A stretch of 64,000 nt of DNA, from contig OY769902.1 of NCBI GenBank assembly GCA_963669175.1, forward strand, positions 224,001-288,000, given 5' to 3'. Under the pieces are notes generated by a model. The model saw nothing but the letters and a program-made list of their open reading frames with translations. It searched no databases and was not told where the DNA came from. A program made the position numbers and the translations under genes. This DNA comes from a bacterium. Its GTDB lineage: Bacteria; Electryoneota; Electryoneia; Electryoneales; Electryoneaceae. This document shows positions 48,931 through 59,648 of this stretch, one piece after another (the stretch's first letter is position 1; each line of letters opens with the position of its first letter).

Positions 48931-51369
48931 CTAGAACTCGACACGTACTCCTCCGTAGAGGATGCGTCCATACACGGGGGCATAAAAGAAGGCCGCATCA
49001 TCCACATGTTTTTCCGGTTGTACGTAATCGCCGAGGTTGCGCGCGCCTACATACAAACGGTAGTGTTCTGCGTATCTGTAGGATATCTGGGTGTTCAACA
49101 GAACGTAGGAATCAGTCTCGAAAACTTTACTTCCCGCATTAGCATTGTCACCATCGGCGTAATAGTCGATGAACATCGCCCCGGTATACCGCGCATCCAG
49201 TGTGGTTTCCCAGTTCCCCGGATTCCAGTCAAAGCGGATACCCCCGGCCAGGTTCGGATAACGGCTGATGTTCTTGCTGTCATCCTCATAAATTGTGCCT
49301 GCCCAGTCATCACGGATATCATCGTATTCCCCCTGGAACACGGATACATCGGCTGAGACCTGGAAACGCCTGGTAATCGGAACGCGAGCATTTATATCGA
49401 CGCCAAGAACTGTGGCCGCATCGATATTCTCATATTCGTAGTCATATCCCTTGGAACGTGCTTCATCACTGGCGCCGGCAATACCGACTGCGTTTTCCAG
49501 GCGGGTATAATAGGCGCTGACACCGGCGGAAAGCAGTGAACCTGTGTAGTCTGCGCTGACGTTCACACTTTGTGACGTTTCCGGTTCAAGATCCGCGCTC
49601 TTCCAGACACGCGGTGAACCGGAGCAGAGATGCAAATCTTCAGAAAAACCGTACGGCACCTTGAAACCTGTACCGTAGGTGGCACGGAATACCCAGTCAA
49701 ACCGTGGCGCCCATTTCAACGCCACGCGTGGACTGAAACTGGTTTCATCATATTTTGACGCCTCAAACACTTCTGCAAAGGCAGCGTCTTCAGCACTGAA
49801 CTCATCCTCGGAGCTGTGCATATCCGAACGTACCCCTGCGACCAGTTCCCACTGGGAGGACATGCGCCATTCGTCCTGCAGGTAAACGCCAAAATCGTTC
49901 GCATGCTTTTTCGACACCGAAGTATAATCCTGCCCGTACAACTCGTCATCTTCATCCACGATCACATACCGTCCCGATTCTTCCAACTTGTCATAGGAAT
50001 ACTGAGCGCCCAGGGTAAGATTGTGGGCCTTGATCTGTCGGGTATAGTTCAGGCTGGTCAGGAACATGTTCTCATCTGCCATGTAAGGCCGTAATGCGGA
50101 CACTTCAGGCATATCACCTTCGTGGGTGTCCATGTAATCACCCAGGTAAGTGTCGTTTGTGGCATTACGTTTATGCTGAACCGCGGTAAACTGAATATCA
50201 AAACCGTCAACATCCGTGAATTGCGTACGATAACCGAGGGTTCCGGAAATACGGTCAGTCGTGATGTGTTCCGTGCCTTCCGTATAGGGATTCAGATAAG
50301 AATCACCCGTCATCTCGCCGCCTTTGCGGACTTCATTCAAGTAGCGGAACCGGACGAATACTTCATCGTTCACCTTGAACAGATTGCTGTGGAAGGCGTT
50401 AATACCAATGTTTCGCGCATCGGATTCCACACGGTCCGTGACACCGTCGCCTTCATAAACCTCATCACGATCAAAGCCGTCACGAGTCTTATCGATAGCA
50501 TCTTCCTTATTCAACTGGGCAAAGACATGCAAGGCGGAGTTTTCGCGCACCATTTCCGCGGAAGCGTCGTACTGCTTGGTGCCAAACGATCCCATTTCGA
50601 CTCCGGCCTTGATGCGGTTACGAGTGGGACGTGCGGTGATGATGTTGACCGCACCGGCAATGGCGTTGGACCCGTACAAAGCAGACCCGGCGCCCTTGAC
50701 TACTTCAATACGATCCACTTCAGCCGTCGAGAATTGCTGCAAACCATACACGGAAGCGAGCCCGGAATACACCGGTTGGCCATCCATCAGGATCTGCGTA
50801 TGATCCGAACCGAGCCCGTTGACACGAATCTGGGTGAAGTTACAGGCCTGGCATTGCTGCTCAACCCTTACCCCAGCAGTCGTTTCAAGCGCTTCATACA
50901 GGTTGGAAGCAGACCGCATTTCCAAGTCACGCGAGGTGATAACATCCGTACGAACCGGGGCGTCCTTGGTGAATCGATGGGTACGTGTTCCGGTAACAAC
51001 CACCGGACTCAATTCAAATGGGGATGCGACAAGCTTAATATCTAATGTCTGGGTTGGTGAAGAAGCCAGGTCAACCTCTACCACTTCGCTGCGATAGCCC
51101 ATAAAGCTGACAATCACACGCTTCTTTTCACTCGGCAACTGAACCAGGCTGAACTGACCGTCCAGATCAGTCGAGGTCCCCAGTTGAGTTCCTTCCACAA
51201 GAATGTTCACACCGGGAATCGGCTCCCCGGTCTCATCATCCACTACCTGCCCTTCGATCATGCAGTTGCTTGCGCCAAAGACTGTCGCGCAAAGGAATAA
51301 ATTCACAAACAGCAATAGCAAAACATGCTTGCCAACTTCACCTCTCCCCCTGAAAGAAAGGTATCGCAT
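48931..51369 (-). CDS. TonB-dependent receptor with N-terminal carboxypeptidase-regulatory-like domain
   Basis: GEPIPGVNI...GTSTDLDG; VVVTGTRT; VDRIEVVKGAGSALYGSNAIAGAVNIIT; terminal VRVEF; GGAGG before ATG 51369. Confidence 0.93.
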   Translation of the reverse strand: MRYLSFRGRGEVGKHVLLLLFVNLFLCATVFGASNCMIEGQVVDDETGEPIPGVNILVEGTQLGTSTDLDGQFSLVQLPSEKKRVIVSFMGYRSEVVEVDLASSPTQTLDIKLVASPFELSPVVVTGTRTHRFTKDAPVRTDVITSRDLEMRSASNLYEALETTAGVRVEQQCQACNFTQIRVNGLGSDHTQILMDGQPVYSGLASVYGLQQFSTAEVDRIEVVKGAGSALYGSNAIAGAVNIITARPTRNRIKAGVEMGSFGTKQYDASAEMVRENSALHVFAQLNKEDAIDKTRDGFDRDEVYEGDGVTDRVESDARNIGINAFHSNLFKVNDEVFVRFRYLNEVRKGGEMTGDSYLNPYTEGTEHITTDRISGTLGYRTQFTDVDGFDIQFTAVQHKRNATNDTYLGDYMDTHEGDMPEVSALRPYMADENMFLTSLNYTRQIKAHNLTLGAQYSYDKLEESGRYVIVDEDDELYGQDYTSVSKKHANDFGVYLQDEWRMSSQWELVAGVRSDMHSSEDEFSAEDAAFAEVFEASKYDETSFSPRVALKWAPRFDWVFRATYGTGFKVPYGFSEDLHLCSGSPRVWKSADLEPETSQSVNVSADYTGSLLSAGVSAYYTRLENAVGIAGASDEARSKGYDYEYENIDAATVLGVDINARVPITRRFQVSADVSVFQGEYDDIRDDWAGTIYEDDSKNISRYPNLAGGIRFDWNPGNWETTLDARYTGAMFIDYYADGDNANAGSKVFETDSYVLLNTQISYRYAEHYRLYVGARNLGDYVQPEKHVDDAAFFYAPVYGRILYGGVRVEF

Positions 51370-51445
51370 CGTCAACCTCCTTGGAATATCGCTTGTCTGG
51401 TATCGTTCTTCAAGTCGGAAGCAAATGTAGACAAGACTACCAAGA

Positions 51446-51459
51446 TTAAGCAACCCTAA
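51446..51459 (-). promoter_or_regulatory. Candidate DtxR/MntR-family operator
   Basis: Minus strand TTAGGGTTGCTTAA resembles TTAGG-N4-CCTAA and lies about 80 bp upstream of the receptor start. Confidence 0.35.
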
Positions 51460-51763
51460 CGAGAGTACTCTTTCAGCTTCAACCTCTCGTGGACCACAAT
51501 ACTGATACCCATTACTTATGTCAGTAAACTCAACGATCATCAATTGCAGGCAAACATGTTGCGAAACAGGTAGCTGTCCAGGGATTTCCCGGATACTCTC
51601 GAACAGGAGCGGGCGAAAACACGGGGGTATAGAAACCCGGAACTCACGCTGGGATTGTATTATTTGTTACGCTGGTCGCTGGATATTTTCACGAATATTC
51701 GATACTATACTTCAACCTTTACATATCCACTTAACCCGCACACCGGCAACAAGGGAAAACAGA

Positions 51764-52621
51764 ATGGCGAAAGACACAAAGCATATCTCGTATTTCGGTA
51801 CAATACGGACGTTTATGAAGGTGGGCACATGTTCTGAAGCGTTAATGAATGTACTGGATCGTGAGTATATGCAGCCGCTTGAAGAAGAAGAACATGCGGT
51901 TATGCCGATGGCCGGCGGTATCCTGCAACAGGGGTATCAATGCGGTCAATTGTGGGGCGCTTCACTTGCGGCTGGCGCGGAAGCTTTCAGAAAGTATGGT
52001 CCGGGCCCAAAATCCGAAACGGCAGCGGTGAATGCATCATTTCACCTGGTAAACGTGTTTAAATCGCGTTTCAAGGAAATCGATTGTCTTGAATTGACGG
52101 CTACAGACTGGAAACAATCTTCGGCAATTGTTCGCTATATGTTGAAAGGTGGAACCATCAAGTGTTTCAACATGGCGGCCAAATTCGCCCCTCTTGCTTA
52201 TCGTGCAATAGAAGAATCCCTGGCGGAAGACATCACCGATGTGCCGGACGGACCGGTCAGTTGCGCTGCTATTGTTGCACGTAAACTTGGCGCAACTGAT
52301 CACCAGGCAGCCCTGGTCGCAGGTTTCGCGGGTGGCATTGGCTTGAGTGGAGGTGGATGCGGTGCGCTTGGGGCTACCATCTGGTTGCGTGCTTTGCAAT
52401 TGAGCCAGAATGACGAAAAGAAGCTGGATTACAAAAATCCGGCGCTCCTTGAAACAGTTGACCGTTTCAATAAATGCTCCGATTGCGAGTTCGAATGCTC
52501 TACTATAGCAGGGAAGAAATTCAAGGATGTTCATGATCATATTGCACATGTGAAAAATGGCGGCTGCCGTAAAATCATTGACGTCTTGAGTGAAGATATG
52601 CCTGAGCCTGAATCCAGCTAG
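51764..52621 (+). CDS. Tandem C-GCAxxG-C-C family putative redox protein
   Basis: Two units: CSEA...GGILQQGYQCGQLWG...CLEL...C and CAA...GGIGLSGGGCGALG...CSTI...C. Confidence 0.75.
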   Translation: MAKDTKHISYFGTIRTFMKVGTCSEALMNVLDREYMQPLEEEEHAVMPMAGGILQQGYQCGQLWGASLAAGAEAFRKYGPGPKSETAAVNASFHLVNVFKSRFKEIDCLELTATDWKQSSAIVRYMLKGGTIKCFNMAAKFAPLAYRAIEESLAEDITDVPDGPVSCAAIVARKLGATDHQAALVAGFAGGIGLSGGGCGALGATIWLRALQLSQNDEKKLDYKNPALLETVDRFNKCSDCEFECSTIAGKKFKDVHDHIAHVKNGGCRKIIDVLSEDMPEPESS

Positions 52622-52861
52622 ATCGGATGTTGCATGCACGAAACAGATCATGAACTCCGAAAAGTATGATAATGTAGCCCAGAACATCTTTTGACGCTTT
52701 ATTCTTTGCCGGAAAATAGCCAAACGAATGATACTCCGAAGGAGTACGATAAGTGAGCCCAGGGTACGCGTCGTCCGTTTGGCGCGCACCCTGGGTGAGA
52801 AAACAAAACAATCTCAACCCCGAAGCGGGTTGTATAAAAAGGCAATCCGAGACAACGATCC

Positions 52862-53443
52862 TTACTTTTCCACATCCCCCACAGGCTTGAAGCACAAGGA
52901 ATTGAACAGGGCTTGAAATGCAGGATTTTCCAGATCAGCCACCGTCTGGTCAGTTGCGGTTACGCTGAAGTAACCATCCCCGGAATCAATGAAGACACAA
53001 CGGTGGGGGTTCAAATCCGAATCCTTATTCTCGGAAAAAATCATGACACTCATGAAGGAGATCTCTTCCGGGTTCAGACGCTCCGGTTGCCAACGTGTCA
53101 ATTGCGCATCAGGGTACCGTCCCAGCGTATTCATCATATCAACTTTGAAGAAATTTTCCAGGGTTGCCAAACCGGCGTTATCCGCATCCTTCAGTTGAAA
53201 TGCGATTGTAATGACACGTTTTGCAGTTTCAATCGTACACCCATCCTGCACCAGTACATCCCAAAGGCCATACTTCTTACTCGCCGCCTCATCCGAATGC
53301 CAACCTTCGGGAATCGTGTATTGAATCGGGTTGGAACTGACCTGATTCTTCTGATAGCCATCCCCCATCACCACCTGGTTGTCTTCCGCAACGGCAAAAC
53401 ATGATAGCATCATCAACATGGCAACCAACAGTACTTTTCTCAT
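52862..53443 (-). CDS. Hypothetical exported protein
   Basis: Signal peptide MRKVLLVAMLMMLSCFAVA; YTIPEGW start of a PsbP-like fold (weak). Confidence 0.65.
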   Translation of the reverse strand: MRKVLLVAMLMMLSCFAVAEDNQVVMGDGYQKNQVSSNPIQYTIPEGWHSDEAASKKYGLWDVLVQDGCTIETAKRVITIAFQLKDADNAGLATLENFFKVDMMNTLGRYPDAQLTRWQPERLNPEEISFMSVMIFSENKDSDLNPHRCVFIDSGDGYFSVTATDQTVADLENPAFQALFNSLCFKPVGDVEK

Positions 53444-53690
53444 CCCCCCCCCCTTTTTTATCCTCGTATAAGCCCGTGATACTTCAATAATAAGGTAGAC
53501 AAAAGCATCAATCGTAACAACAATGGAACATGATGTCGCACGCTGAGCCTCATGGTTTCTGCTCATCATTGCTGTTTTATTGTCTCCTTTCGCCCTGTAG
53601 ACATGTAACCAGAATTGGATTTCTCCTTTCTAAGGGTTAGGTTATCCAAACATCAAAGCCAACATCATTGCATTTAACACAGGATTTGTC

Positions 53691-54422
53691 ATGACTACGC
53701 AGAAAGCATTGCCAGCAACACCCGTGTACTATGCGCGACTTACAGGTATGTTTTACTTGTTGATTATTATCCTGGCGGGATTCAGTACAGGGTATGTTCG
53801 TGCCAGTTTGATCATACCTGGCGATCCGGCCGCTACAGCGAGTAGCCTTTTGGGTTCCGTTTTCCTGTTTCGCGTAGGTTTTGCCGCAGATTTAATGGCG
53901 TTTATGTTCGATTTGGCGGTATCAGTACTGTTATACGTGTTACTGAAACCTGTCAACAAAACGCTTGCCCTGACTGCCGCCGCTTTCCGTGCTATCGCGC
54001 ACCCGGCCATCGCCAGCTTGAACCTGTTAAATCATTTCGCTGCTATCCAACTTCTGGATGGGAACAGTTTCTTAGGCTCTTTTTCTACTGAACAGCTTCA
54101 TGCTCTGGTGTCGTTCTTCTTGAATCTGCACACAACCGGATACCTGGTTGCCGGTGTGCCGTTTGGTGTACACCTGATCTTACTGGGAATCCTGATTGTC
54201 AAAGCGGATTATCTCCCGTCAATCATGGGTCTTGTACTGGCTGTTGCTGGAGGTGGGTACCTTGTGGAAAGCTTCGGCAATTTCCTGTGGCCCGGTCATG
54301 AGGGTATGTTGATCTGGTTTGTAGCCATTCCAGCCGGAATCGGTGAATTGGCTATCGCGCTCTGGTTGTTGATAAAGGGTGTGAACCTGGAAAAGTGGAA
54401 CAGGCAAGTTGCAGGTGTATGA
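53691..54422 (+). CDS. DUF4386-family membrane protein
   Basis: ARLTGMFYLLII, LIIPGDPAATA, LYVLLKPVNK, FGVHLILLG, GELAIALWLLIKGV. Confidence 0.85.
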   Translation: MTTQKALPATPVYYARLTGMFYLLIIILAGFSTGYVRASLIIPGDPAATASSLLGSVFLFRVGFAADLMAFMFDLAVSVLLYVLLKPVNKTLALTAAAFRAIAHPAIASLNLLNHFAAIQLLDGNSFLGSFSTEQLHALVSFFLNLHTTGYLVAGVPFGVHLILLGILIVKADYLPSIMGLVLAVAGGGYLVESFGNFLWPGHEGMLIWFVAIPAGIGELAIALWLLIKGVNLEKWNRQVAGV

Positions 54423-54443
54423 TTCTCCTGGTTTCCAAAAGTG

Positions 54444-54474
54444 AAAAGGGCTGACCTTTTCGGGTCAGCCCTTT
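54444..54474. terminator. Bidirectional terminator
   Basis: AAAAGGGCTGACC-ttttcg-GGTCAGCCCTTT between convergent genes. Confidence 0.85.
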
Positions 54475-54497
54475 GGAAATCGAAGCAAAACCTGCTG

Positions 54498-55643
54498 TTA
54501 CTGCCCCAGGAAATAGGAAAGCAGCACACCGGCGGCAGTCGCGGAACCGATAACACCGGCCACGTTCGGGCCCATGGCGTGCATCAGCAGGTAGTTGTCG
54601 GGGTCGTACTGACGTCCCACTTGCTGCGCCACACGAGCGCTGTCCGGCACAGCGCTGACGCCTGCTGCACCGATCAACGGGTTGATCTTGGCATCCTTCT
54701 TGAGGAACAGGTTCATCAACTTCGCACCGAGGATACCGCACGCTGTCGCAACCGCAAAACTCGCAGCGCCGAGAATGAAAATGTAGATCGATTGCGGTGT
54801 CAGGAAGTATTGCGCCTGCGTGGAAGCTCCAACGGAAAAACCAAGCAGGATAGTAATGATGTCGATCAGGGCGTTACCGGCGGTTTTTGCCAGACGATCC
54901 GTAACCCCACTCTCCTTCAGCAGGTTGCCGAAGAACAGCATTCCCAGCAGCGGTAACGCCGGCGGGGCGATGAAACAAGTCGCCAGCAAACCGATCAACG
55001 GGAAAATCACTTTTTCCGATTTCGGTACCGCGCGGGATGGTCGCATCCGGATACGGCGTTCTTTATCCGTGGTCAGCAGCTTCATGATTGGCGGCTGAAT
55101 CACAGGCACCAGCGCCATATACGAATACGCGGCGATGGCGATAGCTCCCATCAGGTGCGGAGCCAACTTGGACGAAATGAAGATGGCTGTCGGGCCGTCA
55201 GCGCCACCGATAATCCCAATAGCGCCAGCTTCTGTTGGCACAAATCCGAGTGCCAGCGCTCCTATCAGCGTGAGGAAAATCCCCATCTGGGCCGCGGCGC
55301 CAAGGAGCATCAACTTGGGATTGGACAGCAAAGCCGAGAAATCGGTCATCGCCCCAATGCCAAGGAAAATCAAAGGTGGGTAAATCCCCTTTACCACGCC
55401 AAAATACAGGTAATTCATGACCGAGCCTTTTTCATAGATACCAAGTTGCAAGTTGGCATCCAGGGCAAAAGGAATATTTCCGGCCAGAATTCCGAACCCG
55501 ATCGGGATGAGCAACAAAGGCTCATAGTCCTTTTTCACCGCAAGGTAGATGAAAAACAACCCTACGGCGATCATGATCAGGTTTTTCCAAACCCCGGGCT
55601 GTACGAAGCCCGTATAACTGATAAACTCTAAAAACAGGTCCAT
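54498..55643 (-). CDS. Na+-translocating decarboxylase beta subunit (OadB/MmdB/GcdB)
   Basis: EPLLLIPIGFG, GAMTDF, IGIIGGADGPT, AAYSYMALVP, GVSAVP, HAMGPNVAGVIGSA. Confidence 0.96.
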   Translation of the reverse strand: MDLFLEFISYTGFVQPGVWKNLIMIAVGLFFIYLAVKKDYEPLLLIPIGFGILAGNIPFALDANLQLGIYEKGSVMNYLYFGVVKGIYPPLIFLGIGAMTDFSALLSNPKLMLLGAAAQMGIFLTLIGALALGFVPTEAGAIGIIGGADGPTAIFISSKLAPHLMGAIAIAAYSYMALVPVIQPPIMKLLTTDKERRIRMRPSRAVPKSEKVIFPLIGLLATCFIAPPALPLLGMLFFGNLLKESGVTDRLAKTAGNALIDIITILLGFSVGASTQAQYFLTPQSIYIFILGAASFAVATACGILGAKLMNLFLKKDAKINPLIGAAGVSAVPDSARVAQQVGRQYDPDNYLLMHAMGPNVAGVIGSATAAGVLLSYFLGQ

Positions 55644-55747
55644 GTCTTTTCACCTGGTTGCTACAATGTCGACCATTGTGCACGACTCCATGGGAGAGGG
55701 CACATCTTTTGACCCTGTTCGTGATACGAGCAGGAGGTCACCTGACC

Positions 55748-56185
55748 CTACCCAATCTTGATCAGGTCCTGGCCTTCCAGTACGGAGTCGCCTTCTTTAA
55801 CCAGGATCTGCTGCACGGTACCGGGTGTCGGAGCAGTGATCGCGTTCTGCATCTTCATGGCTTCCATGAGAATCACGGTATCACCGGCTTTGACCTCATC
55901 CCCTTCCTTCACAGATACCTTTATGATCTGACCCGGTAAGGGAGCCTTGACACACCCGACCGACCGTACTTCACTCGGGCTGGATGTCATCTTGGTGCCT
56001 TCTCCGTGGACGGCTTTAGGACGTTCCAACTTGGGAGTAGGCCGTGCCTTCAGGGTGCGTTTCTTAGGTTCCAGGTAAGCCTTGTAATCCTGACCGTTCA
56101 CATTGATCACGATTTCTTCTTCTTCACGGCGGACTACTTTGGCTTCGTACTCATGGCCGTAAATTTTGAACCTGTATGTCTTCAT
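55748..56185 (-). CDS. Biotin carboxyl carrier subunit (MmdC-like)
   Basis: VKAPLPG...EAMKMQN biotinyl domain. Confidence 0.93.
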   Translation of the reverse strand: MKTYRFKIYGHEYEAKVVRREEEEIVINVNGQDYKAYLEPKKRTLKARPTPKLERPKAVHGEGTKMTSSPSEVRSVGCVKAPLPGQIIKVSVKEGDEVKAGDTVILMEAMKMQNAITAPTPGTVQQILVKEGDSVLEGQDLIKIG

Positions 56186-56226
56186 CTTTATCTCCACCCG
56201 TCACATGACGGTTCTTTCTTGTACAC

Positions 56227-56757
56227 CTACACCCGTTGCCCTTCAATCGGATCAACGGTTCTGATGATGGTCTGAGTCTGCGGTTGACGCTTCGCAAACT
56301 GTGAATCAACCAGGTGTCTCATCCACCAGTTGCTGTAGGGCTTCGGCAATGCCTGCAGCGTCAGAACCATCGACTCTTCATCGTGTATCGATTCCTCTTC
56401 CAGAATGATCGATAATGCGACGGCTGCAATCACAACGCCCGGAATTCCTTCTTCACCTTCCTTGCTCTCCTCTTCCGAAGCGCCATGCCGCGTCATCCAA
56501 CGTGAATGCCGGACTGTCTGGAACCATTTCAGAGCCTTCATCAGGAAAACAAGTATCACCAATGCACTGAAAACCACAACCACACCAACGACCATCAAAA
56601 GCAAACCATTGCCTTCAACAACGGCATCCCAGCCATAAACCCGATCGGCATGATCCGGCGCCGTGGCATGTTGCGCATGAGCCAACCCTGTGAGCAGGAA
56701 AGACAGGATGCCTGCCCAAAACCAGGGTTTGCCATGTTGTCGTACTTCTCTATCCAT
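56227..56757 (-). CDS. OadG/MmdD-like membrane anchor subunit
   Basis: LMVVGVVVVFSALVILV helix; VIAAVALS...HDEES...YSNW; position within the operon. Confidence 0.75.
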   Translation of the reverse strand: MDREVRQHGKPWFWAGILSFLLTGLAHAQHATAPDHADRVYGWDAVVEGNGLLLMVVGVVVVFSALVILVFLMKALKWFQTVRHSRWMTRHGASEEESKEGEEGIPGVVIAAVALSIILEEESIHDEESMVLTLQALPKPYSNWWMRHLVDSQFAKRQPQTQTIIRTVDPIEGQRV

Positions 56758-56826
56758 ACCGTCTCCTTTCGCCAGCCGCTCTCCGCTACCATGCAGAGTC
56801 TCACCTGGCGAATAGTCGGGTGTTTG

Positions 56827-58386
56827 TTACAACGGAATGCAACCGTGTTTTTTCGGCGGATTGAACTCACGCTTGCCGGCCAGGGAAGCCAGACCGCGAA
56901 TAATGCGGAAACGTGTGTTACGCGGTTCGATCACATCGTCAACATATCCCATACGCGCTGCATTGTACGGGTTCGCGTACTTCCTGATGTACTCCGCTTC
57001 CTTCTCCGCAATAAACTTGGCGCGCTCCTCGCCTTCAAGATCATTTAACTCTTTACCGTATAGCACCTCAACGGCTCCGGACGGTCCCATGACGGCAATT
57101 TCGGCTGTCGGCCAGGCGTAGTTCAGATCACCACGCAGATGCTTGGAACTCATGACGTCATACGCGCCACCGTAAGCCTTGCGGGTAATGATGGTGATCT
57201 TCGGAACCGTAGCTTCGGCATAAGCATACAGAATCTTGGCGCCATTCATGATAATGCCTTCATACTCCTGCTGGGTGCCAGGCATGAAACCGGGTACATC
57301 GACAAACGTGATCACAGGAATATTGAACGCATCGAGGAAACGAATAAACGCCGCCCCCTTCCGGCTGCACTTGTTATCAAGCACACCGGCAAGCTGCGAA
57401 GGCTGGTTGGCAATGATACCGACCGATTGACCGTTGAACCGTGCAAACCCGGTAATGATGTTCGGCGCCCAGCGACGGCGCACTTCCATGAAATCACCAT
57501 GGTCTACGACAGTCCGGATGACATCCTTCATGTCATAAGGCATGTTGGCATCATCCGGGATGATGTAATTCAAGTCGTCCTCGAGACGGTCAATCGGATC
57601 GTCACAGGATACAATCGGTGTCTCTTCCGTGTTGTTGTTCGGAAGGAATGTGACCAGCTTGCGAATCAGGTCAAAGACATCATCTTCCGAATCCGCGACA
57701 AAATGCGCCACACCACTCTTGGTCGCATGAATGTCAGGCCCACCCAACTGGTCCGGGGTGACATCTTCATGGGTAACCGTCTTGACCACTTTCGGCCCGG
57801 TTACGAACATGTAACTGATATCACGGACCATGATGTTGAAGTCCGTGAGCGCCGGGCTGTAAACCGCGCCACCGGCACACGGGCCAAGAATCGCGGAAAT
57901 CTGCGGCACTACACCGGATGCCATCACGTTACGCAGGAAAATGTCGGCATACCCCGCCAAACTGAGAACACCTTCCTGGATTCTGGCGCCTCCGGAATCG
58001 TTCAACCCAATGATAGGAACCCCTATCCGGGTCGCGTATTCCATGACCTTCACGATTTTCCTGGCAAACATCTCACCAAGTGAACCGCCCCGGACTGTGA
58101 AGTCCTGGGAGAAAACAACCACCTGCCGCCCGTAAATCGTGCCATGCCCCGTTACAACACCGTCGGATAAAATCTGTTCTTCTGTCAACAGACTGTCATC
58201 ATTACGGTGCGATACAAACATGTCGAATTCTTCAAAAGAACCCGGATCAACCAACCGCTCGATCCGTTCCCGTGCAGTGTACTTACCTTTTTTGTGCTGT
58301 GCCTCGATGCGCTTTTCACCGCCACCGAGACGCGCCTTTTCACGGAGCTCTTTCAGCTCCAGCAGTTTGCGCTCAATTTCTCGCAT
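56827..58386 (-). CDS. Acyl-CoA carboxyltransferase (methylmalonyl-CoA decarboxylase alpha, MmdA/PccB type)
   Basis: [59 protein letters not shown]. Confidence 0.95.
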   Translation of the reverse strand: MREIERKLLELKELREKARLGGGEKRIEAQHKKGKYTARERIERLVDPGSFEEFDMFVSHRNDDSLLTEEQILSDGVVTGHGTIYGRQVVVFSQDFTVRGGSLGEMFARKIVKVMEYATRIGVPIIGLNDSGGARIQEGVLSLAGYADIFLRNVMASGVVPQISAILGPCAGGAVYSPALTDFNIMVRDISYMFVTGPKVVKTVTHEDVTPDQLGGPDIHATKSGVAHFVADSEDDVFDLIRKLVTFLPNNNTEETPIVSCDDPIDRLEDDLNYIIPDDANMPYDMKDVIRTVVDHGDFMEVRRRWAPNIITGFARFNGQSVGIIANQPSQLAGVLDNKCSRKGAAFIRFLDAFNIPVITFVDVPGFMPGTQQEYEGIIMNGAKILYAYAEATVPKITIITRKAYGGAYDVMSSKHLRGDLNYAWPTAEIAVMGPSGAVEVLYGKELNDLEGEERAKFIAEKEAEYIRKYANPYNAARMGYVDDVIEPRNTRFRIIRGLASLAGKREFNPPKKHGCIPL

Positions 58387-58816
58387 AATGTGCACCTGTG
58401 TCTGGTACTTGAAACAACCCAACTCACAATAAAGCTGTGGGTTTATCCACTCAATCAAACCATGTCAAGTTACCCCTGTCATTTCTGGTTGGCAATTCCT
58501 CGAGGGTTTTTTTTACAACAGTTAAAGACTCCTATCAATAAAATTCAACTATCTTATCTCGGAAGTATACATAAAGTTGCACACGTTTGTATAGTGGACT
58601 ACAGAGTATACTATAATAGATTTTTAATTCTTGCCGAGAATATCGACTCTCTCTTTTGTTCTTTTTTTCACAAACTAGGTTGAGCAGAACTATTACACTC
58701 GGAAAATACCAGCAACGAGAAGAAAAGAAGTAAGGCGGTTGTCTGGGGATTTTGGTCGGGTGGTTTCACAAGGGTTAGCCCGATTGATAGTAAGCTGGAT
58801 TTCTGATTTTGATCCC

Positions 58817-59648
58817 GCTTTCCGGCCAGGCATGGCAAGGCTACAGGTGGCTTGCACGAAAAGGGGACGGGATCCTTTTCCCCACGTCCTGTGCCGGACA
58901 CTCCCGCTGACCTTGCGGAAAAGGAAACTGTACCCTTTTCGCAGTGATAAAACCTGATCGCATTGGACAGAAAAGAGCGTTACACTTTGTCACAGGCAAA
59001 AGGGTACAGTCACCTTTTCGATTACCTGAATCACGAAGTATCTCACCTCCGCGCAACGAAAAGGAAACAGTCCCCTTTTGCTGCAGATGTGTAGCTTGGC
59101 CCCACCGCTTGAAGCGTGTGTCCGGTATTGGCCCCGCCGGCTTGAAGCGAGCCGTAGCGAAGCGAAGGCTGCTGTCCGGCGGGGTCTATTTTAATTTATT
59201 CAAGAAGTTAGTCCGCTTGTTTGTGTCGTTTCCCGATCCACTCCTGGCTTCCTCACCTATTCCAACATGAACAGAGTATTCATGAATCAGGCATAGCGGA
59301 AACAATCTCATCTGCGACTCGGGCCACACGACCACACGACAGCTTTTCCCGGCCAGGCATGGCCGGGCTACAGGTGGCTTGCACGAAAAGGGGACGGGAT
59401 CCTTTTCCCCACGTCCTGTGCCGGACACTCCAGCTGACCTTGCGGAAAAGGAAACAGTCCCCTTTTGCTGCAAGTTGGTCTCGTCCAGATGCGCTCCTGA
59501 ATTCAGCTTGTAGTGTGGTCTTCGTTGCGGATTCCGGGTTCAGATAGAATGGAAACATTGTCACTTGCGGATCTGGCCACCCGACCTTTTTTACGTTTTT
59601 TACATTCTTTACTTTTTTCACCTATTTCACTGCCCACTTTTTTCACTT
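58817..59648. repeat. Mosaic repeat block R4-A (about 1.5 units plus tail)
   Basis: GTAG-REP hairpin (minus strand GTAGCCCGGCCATGCCTGGCCGGG), AAAAGG..CCTTTT palindromes, ccccgccgg...ccggcgggg hairpin, 9-bp pyrimidine microsatellite; near-identical to 62640-63868. Confidence 0.9.

Noticed and set aside
51370-51760. Cobalamin riboswitch upstream of the TonB receptor
   Set aside because: No recognisable B12-box or GGGAA...GCCACTG core on the minus strand; part of the region is an R3 fragment
52650-52730. Possible methyltransferase N-terminal remnant (MNSEKYDNVAQNIF*)
   Set aside because: Too short to support without a search
59130-59185. Group II intron domain V-like GAGCCGTA motif
   Set aside because: The continuation does not form the DV stem (no GAAA loop or CGGTTC), and no reverse transcriptase is nearby; it is a REP-like hairpin
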